Source of the DNA: an uncultured Thiotrichaceae bacterium
Lineage (GTDB): Bacteria; Pseudomonadota; Gammaproteobacteria; SZUA-229
DNA length: 64,000 nucleotides
Assembly (NCBI GenBank): GCA_964600755.1
Contig: CAZRKQ010000050.1
Span: 4,926-68,925 of the forward strand
Direction of reading: 5' to 3'
The translations under genes and the position numbers were made by a program. Below the pieces are notes generated by a model. The model had not been told where the DNA came from. It saw only the letters and a list, made by a program, of their open reading frames with translations, and did no database searches. Below are positions 31,966-39,885 of the stretch, piece by piece. Each line of letters opens with the position of its first letter. The first letter of the stretch is position 1.

Positions 31966-32183
31966 ATATTGCCCGGTTCATGTTTCTTGCAGGCTAAAAC
32001 TCAAAGATATAACCAAGCTCAATCGAATATCCATAAGCAGCATATTCGATATCATTTTTCCCCACGCTGGTATCCACGGCAATAAATCAATCGCTGAAAT
32101 CACGCCAACGATCTTCAGTAAAACAAGCAAAAACTTCAACTATACTTGCAACATGTATAAATAATACTGATCCAGGTTTTATC

Positions 32184-32924
32184 ATGAAATACAATGACTT
32201 AATTACTTGCTGCGCACTTGCAGCACTTCCTGTCACGGCAGCTGCCGACGTATTATCCTTTGCTATTGGCGGCGGCGTCTGGAACGAGACTCCCGAAGGC
32301 AGCATCATCAAGCCCAGTAATGCACCCACTCCTAATGTGGATGTTAAAAACAACCTGTTCTGGGACGAGGAATCCCAGGGCTACCTGTTTGCAACGCTGG
32401 AACATCCCATACCGGTACTGCCCAACGTACGCCTGATGTACACCAGCCTGGATCATTCCGGCAGCGGCACTACCAGCTTTACTTTTGATGGCATTCCTTA
32501 CTCTGGTACTGTAGCCAACGAGTTCACCGTCGACCAAACAGACCTGCTTCTCTACTACGAAGTGCTGGATAATGTCGTCAGCCTTGACCTGGGACTGAAT
32601 ATTCGACTGCTGGACATAAACTATCAATTCAACGACGGTACTAGCACTGACAGTGGTTCAGTGAATGGCACTGTGCCAATGATATATGGGCTTGTTGGTG
32701 GCTCGCCCTGGCCCGGAGTGCTGCTTAGCGCTGAGGGTAATTATATGACCCTGTCAGGCAGCACCATATCCGACTTTAATGCCAAGATCTCTTATACAAC
32801 AGATTTCTTTGTTGGCTTTGAAGCTGGTTACAGGATGCAGAATATTGAACTGGATGATGTTGATGACACCAATGCAAACCTGGACTTCAAGGGTCCATTC
32901 ATTGGCGCCTACCTTAAATTCTAA
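32184..32924 (+). CDS. Small outer-membrane beta-barrel protein (OmpW/OmpA-like, 246 aa)
   Basis: Signal peptide (MKYNDLITCCALAALPVTAAA), amphipathic beta-strands and a C-terminal aromatic end ...GAYLKF. Confidence 0.65.
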   Translation: MKYNDLITCCALAALPVTAAADVLSFAIGGGVWNETPEGSIIKPSNAPTPNVDVKNNLFWDEESQGYLFATLEHPIPVLPNVRLMYTSLDHSGSGTTSFTFDGIPYSGTVANEFTVDQTDLLLYYEVLDNVVSLDLGLNIRLLDINYQFNDGTSTDSGSVNGTVPMIYGLVGGSPWPGVLLSAEGNYMTLSGSTISDFNAKISYTTDFFVGFEAGYRMQNIELDDVDDTNANLDFKGPFIGAYLKF

Positions 32925-32981
32925 TAGCCTTGTGTACAGTATTGGTCATTGTATAAGGTGACCAGTACTGTACAGCTCTTC

Positions 32982-33566
32982 CTAGTCGTCCTCTTTATTG
33001 TATTTCAATGCTGCCCACACTGTTCTGACATCCACATGTTCATGATGAATCAGCAGCGTAATTGCTATTTCTTCTAAAGCAGCCACTGCTGAAAATACGG
33101 CAGCTACCCTGAAAGGCCAGTCGAGCCATCCTGCAAAAAGTAATATATAACCAACAAAGGTCACCACAACAGCCACTTTAACAGTCCAGGTGTGATAACT
33201 GGTGATGGTGTTGAACTTGATGAGCCCTACGATGACAGGTGATGTAAAACTGATTACAATCACAACAAATGAGAGTAGTTCTTCAACAACAATCTCGGGC
33301 CAGAGTATCCATGCGCAAACAGCCATGGTGGTATAGATGGTGAAATCACCCCAGCTATCGAGGCGTGATCCCAATGCTGTTATCTGATTCAGCATGCGTG
33401 CAAGGAAACCATCCAGCACATCTGTAAAACCTGAAAACATCAGGCCAGCAAGAAACCAGACAGGTTTCTGGGTAAATGCAAAATAGAATAAAACCGGCGC
33501 CATCAGAATGCGTATAAAACTGACAAAATTCGGCAGGTTATAGATTTCTCGATTGGCTAAGTTCAT
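32982..33566 (-). CDS. CDP-alcohol phosphatidyltransferase family protein
   Basis: 194 aa, membrane protein. D-G-x2-A-R...G...D...D-type motif (DVLDGFLARML...GSRLDSWGD). Confidence 0.8.
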   Translation of the reverse strand: MNLANREIYNLPNFVSFIRILMAPVLFYFAFTQKPVWFLAGLMFSGFTDVLDGFLARMLNQITALGSRLDSWGDFTIYTTMAVCAWILWPEIVVEELLSFVVIVISFTSPVIVGLIKFNTITSYHTWTVKVAVVVTFVGYILLFAGWLDWPFRVAAVFSAVAALEEIAITLLIHHEHVDVRTVWAALKYNKEDD

Positions 33567-33605
33567 AATACTAAATTAAGATCTTGAATTATTTACCAAT
33601 AATAA

Positions 33606-34091
33606 CTAATAAGGCTTTTTACGTATACCCAGTTTATAGAAGATGTAGGACAGCAATAGCTCTGAAATAACAAACGCACATACGAGAATGATTATTGACT
33701 CCATATTGAGTTCAAATACATCCCTTAACATGATGGCCGGAAATAGCGACTCCGGAACCTGGTCAAGTAATGGCGCCATACTGCTTGGCGCCATTCCCAG
33801 GCGGCGCTTGATAAAACTGGAGAAAATATCTCCTGCAACCACATATAAAGCGACCAGTATGCCTGTTACTGCTGGGTAGCCAAGTAAAACAGCACCAACA
33901 GAGGTGAATATAAGGGCACCTGCAATGCCACGCCAGGTTTTTGATTTACCGAATAACGGATTGTCGTCAGCCAGCCGGCGACAAAAATCAACAGGCAAAT
34001 TCAGCCTGTTTTTCATCAGCGCGCGCAATACGACTGGTGCTCCATTTGCAATTATAATAAGCAACAGAAGATGTAATAAATTTATAGACAT
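33606..34091 (-). CDS. CarS-like (CDP-archaeol synthase / DUF46 family) integral-membrane cytidylyltransferase
   Basis: 161 aa with 4-5 TM segments. GKSKTWRG and the rest of the layout resemble the CarS/CdsA-related CTP-transferase family. It sits immediately upstream of the CDP-alcohol phosphatidyltransferase gene on the same strand. Confidence 0.5.
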   Translation of the reverse strand: MSINLLHLLLLIIIANGAPVVLRALMKNRLNLPVDFCRRLADDNPLFGKSKTWRGIAGALIFTSVGAVLLGYPAVTGILVALYVVAGDIFSSFIKRRLGMAPSSMAPLLDQVPESLFPAIMLRDVFELNMESIIILVCAFVISELLLSYIFYKLGIRKKPY

Positions 34092-34163
34092 GGCATATAC
34101 AGTTTATAATTACCTGTATCTAGTTTCTTGTAATATTTTACAGATAATGATTCACAACAAACA

Positions 34164-34916
34164 ATGGAAAGCAACACCCTCAAAGTTTTAACGTACAACA
34201 TACATAAAGGATTCAGTTCTACTAATCGGCATTTTGTACTCCATGGCATAAAAGAGTCCATACGCGAAGTTGATGCTGACCTGGTTCTATTACAGGAAAT
34301 TCACGGCGAACGGGATATCTCCAAAAACAGGTTTGATGACTGGCCCAGTAATAATCAATTCGAATTTCTTGCTGATGAAGTCTGGCACCACCACGCCTAT
34401 GCCAAGAATGCAATCTATAAGTCAGGTCATCATGGCAACGCAATACTCAGTAAATATCCACTCATCGAATGGGAAAATATTGATGTGTCACTTATGCCGT
34501 CACACAGCCGCAGTCTTCTGCATGGCACGATTGAAATAACACAAACACGGCAACATATACACATTATCTGTGTACACCTTGGTCTGTTTGGCATAGAGCG
34601 AAAACGGCAACTTGCCTCGCTTGTCAGCAGAATAGACTCTCATGTGCCTCATGATGCCCCCCTGATCATCGCAGGCGATTTTAATGACTGGTTAGGCAGG
34701 GCTGAAAAGTATTTTACCCACGACCTGGAAGTTCACGAGGTATTTAAAATGTCTACTGGCAGGTATGCCCGGTCGTTTCCAGCCTGGCAGCCGATGTTGT
34801 CGATGGACCGGATTTATAGCCGCGGTCTCGGCCTGGTCAATTGCGAGCGCATGCATGGCGATCCATGGAGAAAGATGTCTGACCATGTTCCTTTAATGGC
34901 CGAGTTTCAATTATAA
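34164..34916 (+). CDS. Endonuclease/exonuclease/phosphatase (EEP) family protein
   Basis: 250 aa. LKVLTYNIHKG...LVLLQEI...GDFND...SDHVPL. All EEP catalytic motifs are present. Confidence 0.85.
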   Translation: MESNTLKVLTYNIHKGFSSTNRHFVLHGIKESIREVDADLVLLQEIHGERDISKNRFDDWPSNNQFEFLADEVWHHHAYAKNAIYKSGHHGNAILSKYPLIEWENIDVSLMPSHSRSLLHGTIEITQTRQHIHIICVHLGLFGIERKRQLASLVSRIDSHVPHDAPLIIAGDFNDWLGRAEKYFTHDLEVHEVFKMSTGRYARSFPAWQPMLSMDRIYSRGLGLVNCERMHGDPWRKMSDHVPLMAEFQL

Positions 34917-35061
34917 TAATAAATTGAGAATGTTTATTCAGTGTTAATTTAAAATTATTTCAGTTCTCTCTGTCTCTATACAATGTATAACTGGCTGAAC
35001 ATGATTGAATTGCGCAAAAATCACCACCTTCAAGCTTCAATAATTTCATGGAGTTATCCTG

Positions 35062-35448
35062 ATGATATCTGTTCAAAAATTTATAGCTATTCTCACGTCA
35101 GTCGCACTTATGAGCCTGTCTTTCACCAGTACTCAGGCTGCCCTGGTAAGCAACGACCTGGTTATAAATCATGTGCAACATAATAGCGCTAAAACGGAAT
35201 TAATACAGACAATAAACCGTGATGATATTAAACAACAACTGTTAAACATGGGCGTCAATCCAGAGGATATTACAAGCCGCATCGATTTGATGACGCATGA
35301 AGAGATAGCGCAACTGAATCAGCAAATTGACGAACTACCGGCTGGTGGTGATGTGTTAGGTGTTATTCTTATAATATTTATTGTATTTGTTATTACGGAT
35401 GTTATTGGCGCAACAGATATATTCCCGTTTATCAAGCCTGTGAACTGA
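35062..35448 (+). CDS. PA2779-family small protein (signal peptide + C-terminal TM)
   Basis: 128 aa. Signal peptide, helical middle region, C-terminal hydrophobic segment (VLGVILIIFIVFVITDVIGA). Immediately followed by a PA2778-type peptidase gene. Confidence 0.5.
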   Translation: MISVQKFIAILTSVALMSLSFTSTQAALVSNDLVINHVQHNSAKTELIQTINRDDIKQQLLNMGVNPEDITSRIDLMTHEEIAQLNQQIDELPAGGDVLGVILIIFIVFVITDVIGATDIFPFIKPVN

Positions 35449-35461
35449 TACCTGATAATGA

Positions 35462-36448
35462 ATGGCCATTAACATAACATGGCTAAGGCTTACTGCCTGT
35501 CTGCTACTCGCCTGCCTGCTTTATATGCAGGGCTGCTCGACCGTGCATAAAAGCAGGCAGACTCTTCCTGATGATGTTCCACCCGCAGTCGAACTGCCAC
35601 ACACGCCGTTTTATCCACAAAGCAAGCATCAATGCGGTCCGGCTGCGCTTGCAACCGTGCTACAGTCTCAACAGGTAGATGTAACACCGGAAACTCTGTC
35701 ATCACAGCTGTATATACCTGGACGCAAAGGCAGCTTGCAAATCGAGATGGCAGTAACGGCCAGACGTTATGGTATGCTGCCTTATCCACTTGCACCACGG
35801 CTCTCAGACTTATTGGTCGAGATCGCTGCCGGCAATCCTGTGCTTGTGCTGCAAAATCTCGGCTTCGAACGGTGGCCTCAATGGCACTATGCTGTTGTTG
35901 TCGGCTATGACATAGCAAACAACGAGCTAATACTGCGCTCCGGCACAACGAAACGCTGGGTAACATCTTTTGAAGCGTTTAACAACACGTGGAACCGGGC
36001 AGATAACTGGGCCCTGGTAATCATGCCAGCGGGTGAGATACCGGTGACAGCCAGTATCTCTACATATCTAAAAACAGCTTATGCATTTGAAGAAACCGGT
36101 TTAACTCGACATGCACTTGATGCTTACCGCGCTGCAACAAGTGTATGGCCCGAGCATAGCTCAGCGTGGCTGGCACTTGGTAACATGTTATATATAGCCG
36201 GCAACAGTGATGAAGCTGTATCTGCACTTTTCAAGGCTTCAAGGCTGAGTCCCGCTACGGTAAGCGTATGGAATAATCTTGCGTATGCACTGTATAAGAA
36301 TGGTTGCGCGCAGCAATCATTTAGCTCTTTACAATGCGCCTACCATCTATCACCCGATGATGACAATATTCGCGATTCCGAACAGGAAATAAAGAATATG
36401 GCTATGCAGCCCCAGACGGGAAACTGTCCAGAAATTGCTTGTAATTAA
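35462..36448 (+). CDS. PA2778-family C39-like cysteine peptidase lipoprotein with C-terminal TPR repeats
   Basis: 328 aa. Lipobox LLYMQGC. Cys motif QCGPAALATVL of C39/papain-like peptidases, with a downstream His (WHYAVVVGYD). C-terminal TPR-like repeats (AWLALGNMLYIAGNSDEAVSALFKA...). Confidence 0.65.
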   Translation: MAINITWLRLTACLLLACLLYMQGCSTVHKSRQTLPDDVPPAVELPHTPFYPQSKHQCGPAALATVLQSQQVDVTPETLSSQLYIPGRKGSLQIEMAVTARRYGMLPYPLAPRLSDLLVEIAAGNPVLVLQNLGFERWPQWHYAVVVGYDIANNELILRSGTTKRWVTSFEAFNNTWNRADNWALVIMPAGEIPVTASISTYLKTAYAFEETGLTRHALDAYRAATSVWPEHSSAWLALGNMLYIAGNSDEAVSALFKASRLSPATVSVWNNLAYALYKNGCAQQSFSSLQCAYHLSPDDDNIRDSEQEIKNMAMQPQTGNCPEIACN

Positions 36449-36596
36449 ATAACGGGTCATACAGTACGCCATGTTCTGTAATTTTGCCATCGCGTCAACC
36501 CCATCATAATCCAGTTAATTTAAAAAAGGGGCCGGCAACAACAAACAACCATTGCCACCAGCCCCGTCACACACCTAGCGTGAAACAGGCTTGTAA

Positions 36597-36833
36597 CTAG
36601 CCTGAAGGTTTTAACCTGTATATTTCGTAATCAATGCCATACTCGGTCGTGCCTATGTAGGCACCAATGAACCCGTCGTAATCCCAATTGATTTCTCCGG
36701 GTTTCTCCATCGTTCCTGCCACACGTTCACATAACGACCTGTAACAGGCTTCCATTGCCAATGTTGTTGACACAAAGAAAGACTCGTGTAACTCGGGATC
36801 ACCATGTAATGGCCACACCTGAATTACGTACAT
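36597..36833 (-). CDS. Small hypothetical protein (78 aa)
   Basis: Strong RBS (GGAGG 7 nt upstream of the ATG). No recognisable family. Confidence 0.45.
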   Translation of the reverse strand: MYVIQVWPLHGDPELHESFFVSTTLAMEACYRSLCERVAGTMEKPGEINWDYDGFIGAYIGTTEYGIDYEIYRLKPSG

Positions 36834-36943
36834 TGCAATCCTCCTTTTTCAATATTGGACAAGTGTAATTTAGTACCTTGAGGGAGACATGACTTGACCA
36901 TATACGCCAATCGCTTAACAGGAAAAACAGGTTCTAGATACTA

Positions 36944-36980
36944 GGAACTGGGGACTGGGGACTGGGGACTGGGGACTGGA
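36944..36980. repeat. Heptanucleotide tandem repeat (GGGGACT)x5, preceded by TACTAGG
   Basis: Read directly: ctaggaactggggactggggactggggactggggactgga. Same family as the repeats at 43301-43337 and 48023-48052. Confidence 0.85.
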
Positions 36981-37004
36981 CGCGGTTTCTATGTTCTCCG
37001 TGGT

Positions 37005-37793
37005 TCAATCCGGTTTTTTATTTTCGCTGAGAAATCCGCTTAGTCCACGCCTGGAGTCCTGTGATAACCACTCACGCAAATACTCTACTTCCTCGGTATT
37101 TGCTATTCCTTCAAGTGATTTATCGCCTGACCTGACCGCTCGATAGGCCTGTTCCAGAGTTCGGTAGCGATCACCTTTAATACCTGACCTGCGTAAGCCG
37201 ACTGCATTCAAGCGGTAATGATGTGCCTTTTCGCCGGCGACCATGGTAAATGGCATAACATCTTTTCTTACCGCTACGAAGCCGGCAATCATGGCATTTC
37301 GGCCTATTCGGCAAAACTGATGAACTGCAACACTGCCGCCAAACACAGCATTATTGCCGATCTCCACATGACCGCCGATTGCGGTATTAATTGTAAGAAT
37401 TACCCCATCACCAACATTGCAGTCGTGACCGATATGTGTGTTAACCATGAGGAAACCATTCGAGCCCAGTCGGGTAGCTTTAAGAGTCGATGTTGAACGA
37501 TGGATAGTAACGTTTTCACGCAGAGTATTGGCATCACCGATTTCAACCCAGGTTTCGGTGGATCGATCAAAAGAAACATCCTGCGGCAGGTCACCAATAA
37601 CTGCGTGAGCATGTACGCGGTTTTCAGCACCCATACGTACATAATCATAAATCACAACATGGGGCCCAATTACAGTATTTGAACCAATCTCGACGTGATC
37701 ATGAATAATCGAAAAGGGCCCCACTGTAACACCTTCGGCGAGCACTGCATTCGGGGAGACAATGGCAGTAGGATGTATACTTGGTTCAGGCAT
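37005..37793 (-). CDS. Second LpxA paralog (acyl-ACP--UDP-N-acetylglucosamine O-acyltransferase-like, left-handed beta-helix)
   Basis: ORF 37005..37976. The first 61 codons have no similarity, so the probable start is MPEPSIHPTAIV (37793). Hexapeptide repeats plus the LpxA catalytic region (NTHIGHDCNVGD...VHQFCRIG) and the LpxA-specific C-terminal helical domain. Distinct from the canonical lpxA at 48058-48828. Confidence 0.75.
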   Translation of the reverse strand: MPEPSIHPTAIVSPNAVLAEGVTVGPFSIIHDHVEIGSNTVIGPHVVIYDYVRMGAENRVHAHAVIGDLPQDVSFDRSTETWVEIGDANTLRENVTIHRSTSTLKATRLGSNGFLMVNTHIGHDCNVGDGVILTINTAIGGHVEIGNNAVFGGSVAVHQFCRIGRNAMIAGFVAVRKDVMPFTMVAGEKAHHYRLNAVGLRRSGIKGDRYRTLEQAYRAVRSGDKSLEGIANTEEVEYLREWLSQDSRRGLSGFLSENKKPD

Positions 37794-37953
37794 AGTGTTT
37801 ATCAGGTTATTGGCAATATGTACGATATTAGCGGACAAATTCCACATCTTTTGAGTGTGAAAAAACCACCTGAAAATGAAGGAATTATTGGGCACTAATC
37901 TTGTCATATTTTTGGTAGAATCCCTACTAGTTTCAGACACACACGAGGTTGAT

Positions 37954-38331
37954 ATGTCAGATATACAGTTCAACAATCAGTTAACCGATCAAATCAATGT
38001 ATCGCCGGAAGCAGCAAAGCAATTACTGGCTTTGACTGAAAATGAAGAAGGCGTTAATGGTGTTCGCATATTCGTTTCAGGTGGCGGTTGCGGTGGTATG
38101 AGCTATGGCATGACTTTCGTAGATCAGCCAAATGAATATGACTGCACACTGGATAAAGATGGCCTGAAGGTATATGTCGATGCTGTTGCGCTAAGTTATC
38201 TTGCCGGTGTCGAAGTCGATTACCAGACACAGGGCGCCAACGCCAGCTTCGTATTCAAGAATGTATTTGCCAATACTGGCGGATCAGGAACCTGCGGCGC
38301 TTGCGGGGCAGCAGGCGGCGGTTGCGGCTAG
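37954..38331 (+). CDS. HesB/IscA-family (A-type carrier-like) protein with Gly/Cys-rich C-terminal tail
   Basis: ORF 37876..38331; start at MSDIQF. IFVSGGGCGGMSYGMTFVD matches the IscA core. The usual C-terminal CGCGESF is replaced by GTCGACGAAGGGCG. Confidence 0.6.
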   Translation: MSDIQFNNQLTDQINVSPEAAKQLLALTENEEGVNGVRIFVSGGGCGGMSYGMTFVDQPNEYDCTLDKDGLKVYVDAVALSYLAGVEVDYQTQGANASFVFKNVFANTGGSGTCGACGAAGGGCG

Positions 38332-38553
38332 CCAATAACAAGCTTCAGATGGTTGCAGGCAGCGGTTGAAACCAGCTTTGCACATCCTGTGCACGAGCAC
38401 AGCAAAGCGCATTACTGGTTTTAGCTTGCTTCCGTACCAGCTGAAATCTCTAACGATACCTTTCATGGTATTCAAGCGATTTCAAAACGTCTCCTATTAA
38501 TCTCTCAACCCAATAGCTACCGTATAGCCCCTTACCTGACCGCAGCAAAGCAG

Positions 38554-39720
38554 ATGGGGCTGCAGGTACTGATTGGATCCCGTGGTGAGCATTCACTCAC
38601 GACCGAAGTCAACCAGGGACTGCACATCGATCTGGATGACCATGATTCAGCCCTTGCCAGCATACTCGAAGAAGCCCGGCTAAGACCCTTTAGCGGCATC
38701 ATCGGCAGTGATGACAGTACTGTCGAGCTGGCCGCGCATGCAGCCAACAGGCTCGGCCTGCCCCATAATCCGCCTGAAGCTGCGCGCTCTACACGCAGAA
38801 AAGACCGCGCCCGGGCACAACTAATGCTGGCGGGCTGCCCTGTGCCAATCCACTGCCTGGTCGATATCAGCAAACCACTTGATAAGCAGATGTCCGGCCT
38901 ACCCTGGCCATGCGTTCTCAAACCAGTCAACATGTCAGCGAGTCGTGGTGTTATACGGGCAAATAATGAACATGAGTTTATTGATGCCTGCGAACGCCTG
39001 CGAAACATCATTTCCGAATCGATCGACGAATTTGAACGCTGCCATGTTCTTGTCGAAGACTACATAGACGGTATCGAAGTCGCCTATGAAGGCTACCTCC
39101 ACGCAGGCCAGTTGCACACACTCGCGGTGTTCGATAAACCGGATCCACTGACCGGTCCTTTCTTCGAAGAAACCATTTATGTCACTCCATCACAGCTCGA
39201 AGCCGACACCCTCAGGATTATCAAGCAGCGGGTACAGCAGGCATGCACAGCTTTTGGACTGACAACCGGTCCAATCCATGCCGAATTACGTGTCAACGCC
39301 AGGGATGCATGGATACTGGAAGTTGCATCACGTACGATTGGCGGCGAATGCGCACGCACACTGGATAGCGGCACAAATAAAAGCCTTGAACAATTGACCG
39401 TGTCACTCGCAATTGGTGAGCCAGTGCAACCGGCAGGCATAACTCAAAGCCGCGGTGTAATGATGATTCCGATCAGGCAGGCGGGACTACTCAGGCGTGT
39501 AGAAGGCATCCTGGCAGCCCAGAAAGTACCTCATATCGAAACAATTGATATTGTAATCAGTGAGGGTCATGAGCTGATACCTCTACCGGAAGGCAATCAG
39601 TACCTCGGGTTTATCTTTGCGAAAGCCGATTCGCCAGATATGGTGACCGCCGCACTTAGAATGGCACATGAAAAGCTGAATTTTGTCACCGCGCCCGTGT
39701 TCAAGTTGGCTTCGGTCTGA
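38554..39720 (+). CDS. ATP-grasp domain enzyme (carboxylate-amine ligase-like); N-terminus probably extends upstream to ~38470 using a non-ATG start, or the gene is disrupted
   Basis: 388 aa from the first ATG. The ATP-grasp core is HVLVEDYIDGIEVAYEG...IHAELRV. The same frame is open back to 38425 and encodes ...ISKRLLLISQPNSYRIAPYLTAAKQ-MGLQVLIG. This looks like the canonical N-terminal Rossmann-like pre-ATP-grasp strand, but it contains no ATG/GTG/TTG. Confidence 0.65.
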   Translation: MGLQVLIGSRGEHSLTTEVNQGLHIDLDDHDSALASILEEARLRPFSGIIGSDDSTVELAAHAANRLGLPHNPPEAARSTRRKDRARAQLMLAGCPVPIHCLVDISKPLDKQMSGLPWPCVLKPVNMSASRGVIRANNEHEFIDACERLRNIISESIDEFERCHVLVEDYIDGIEVAYEGYLHAGQLHTLAVFDKPDPLTGPFFEETIYVTPSQLEADTLRIIKQRVQQACTAFGLTTGPIHAELRVNARDAWILEVASRTIGGECARTLDSGTNKSLEQLTVSLAIGEPVQPAGITQSRGVMMIPIRQAGLLRRVEGILAAQKVPHIETIDIVISEGHELIPLPEGNQYLGFIFAKADSPDMVTAALRMAHEKLNFVTAPVFKLASV

Positions 39721-39885
39721 TTAGTATTGGAATTAACGCAAAGAGAATATTCAGTTTTTGTAGGAGCGGCATTAGCCGCGAACATCATCTGATCGTTCCT
39801 AACTGAGCATTTGATTTCGCCTTGCTGGCGAGTTACTTTTCTTTGCTTGTCCAAAGAAAAGTAACCAAAAGAAAAGACACGGTAC

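Noticed and set aside
32087-32353. 88-aa minus-strand ORF overlapping the start of the OMP gene at 32184
   Set aside because: It overlaps the signal-peptide region of a better-supported plus-strand gene and has no features of its own.
36944-36980. Tandem heptamer arrays, considered as possible CRISPR arrays
   Set aside because: Units are 7 bp with no spacers and no cas genes. They are simple tandem repeats.
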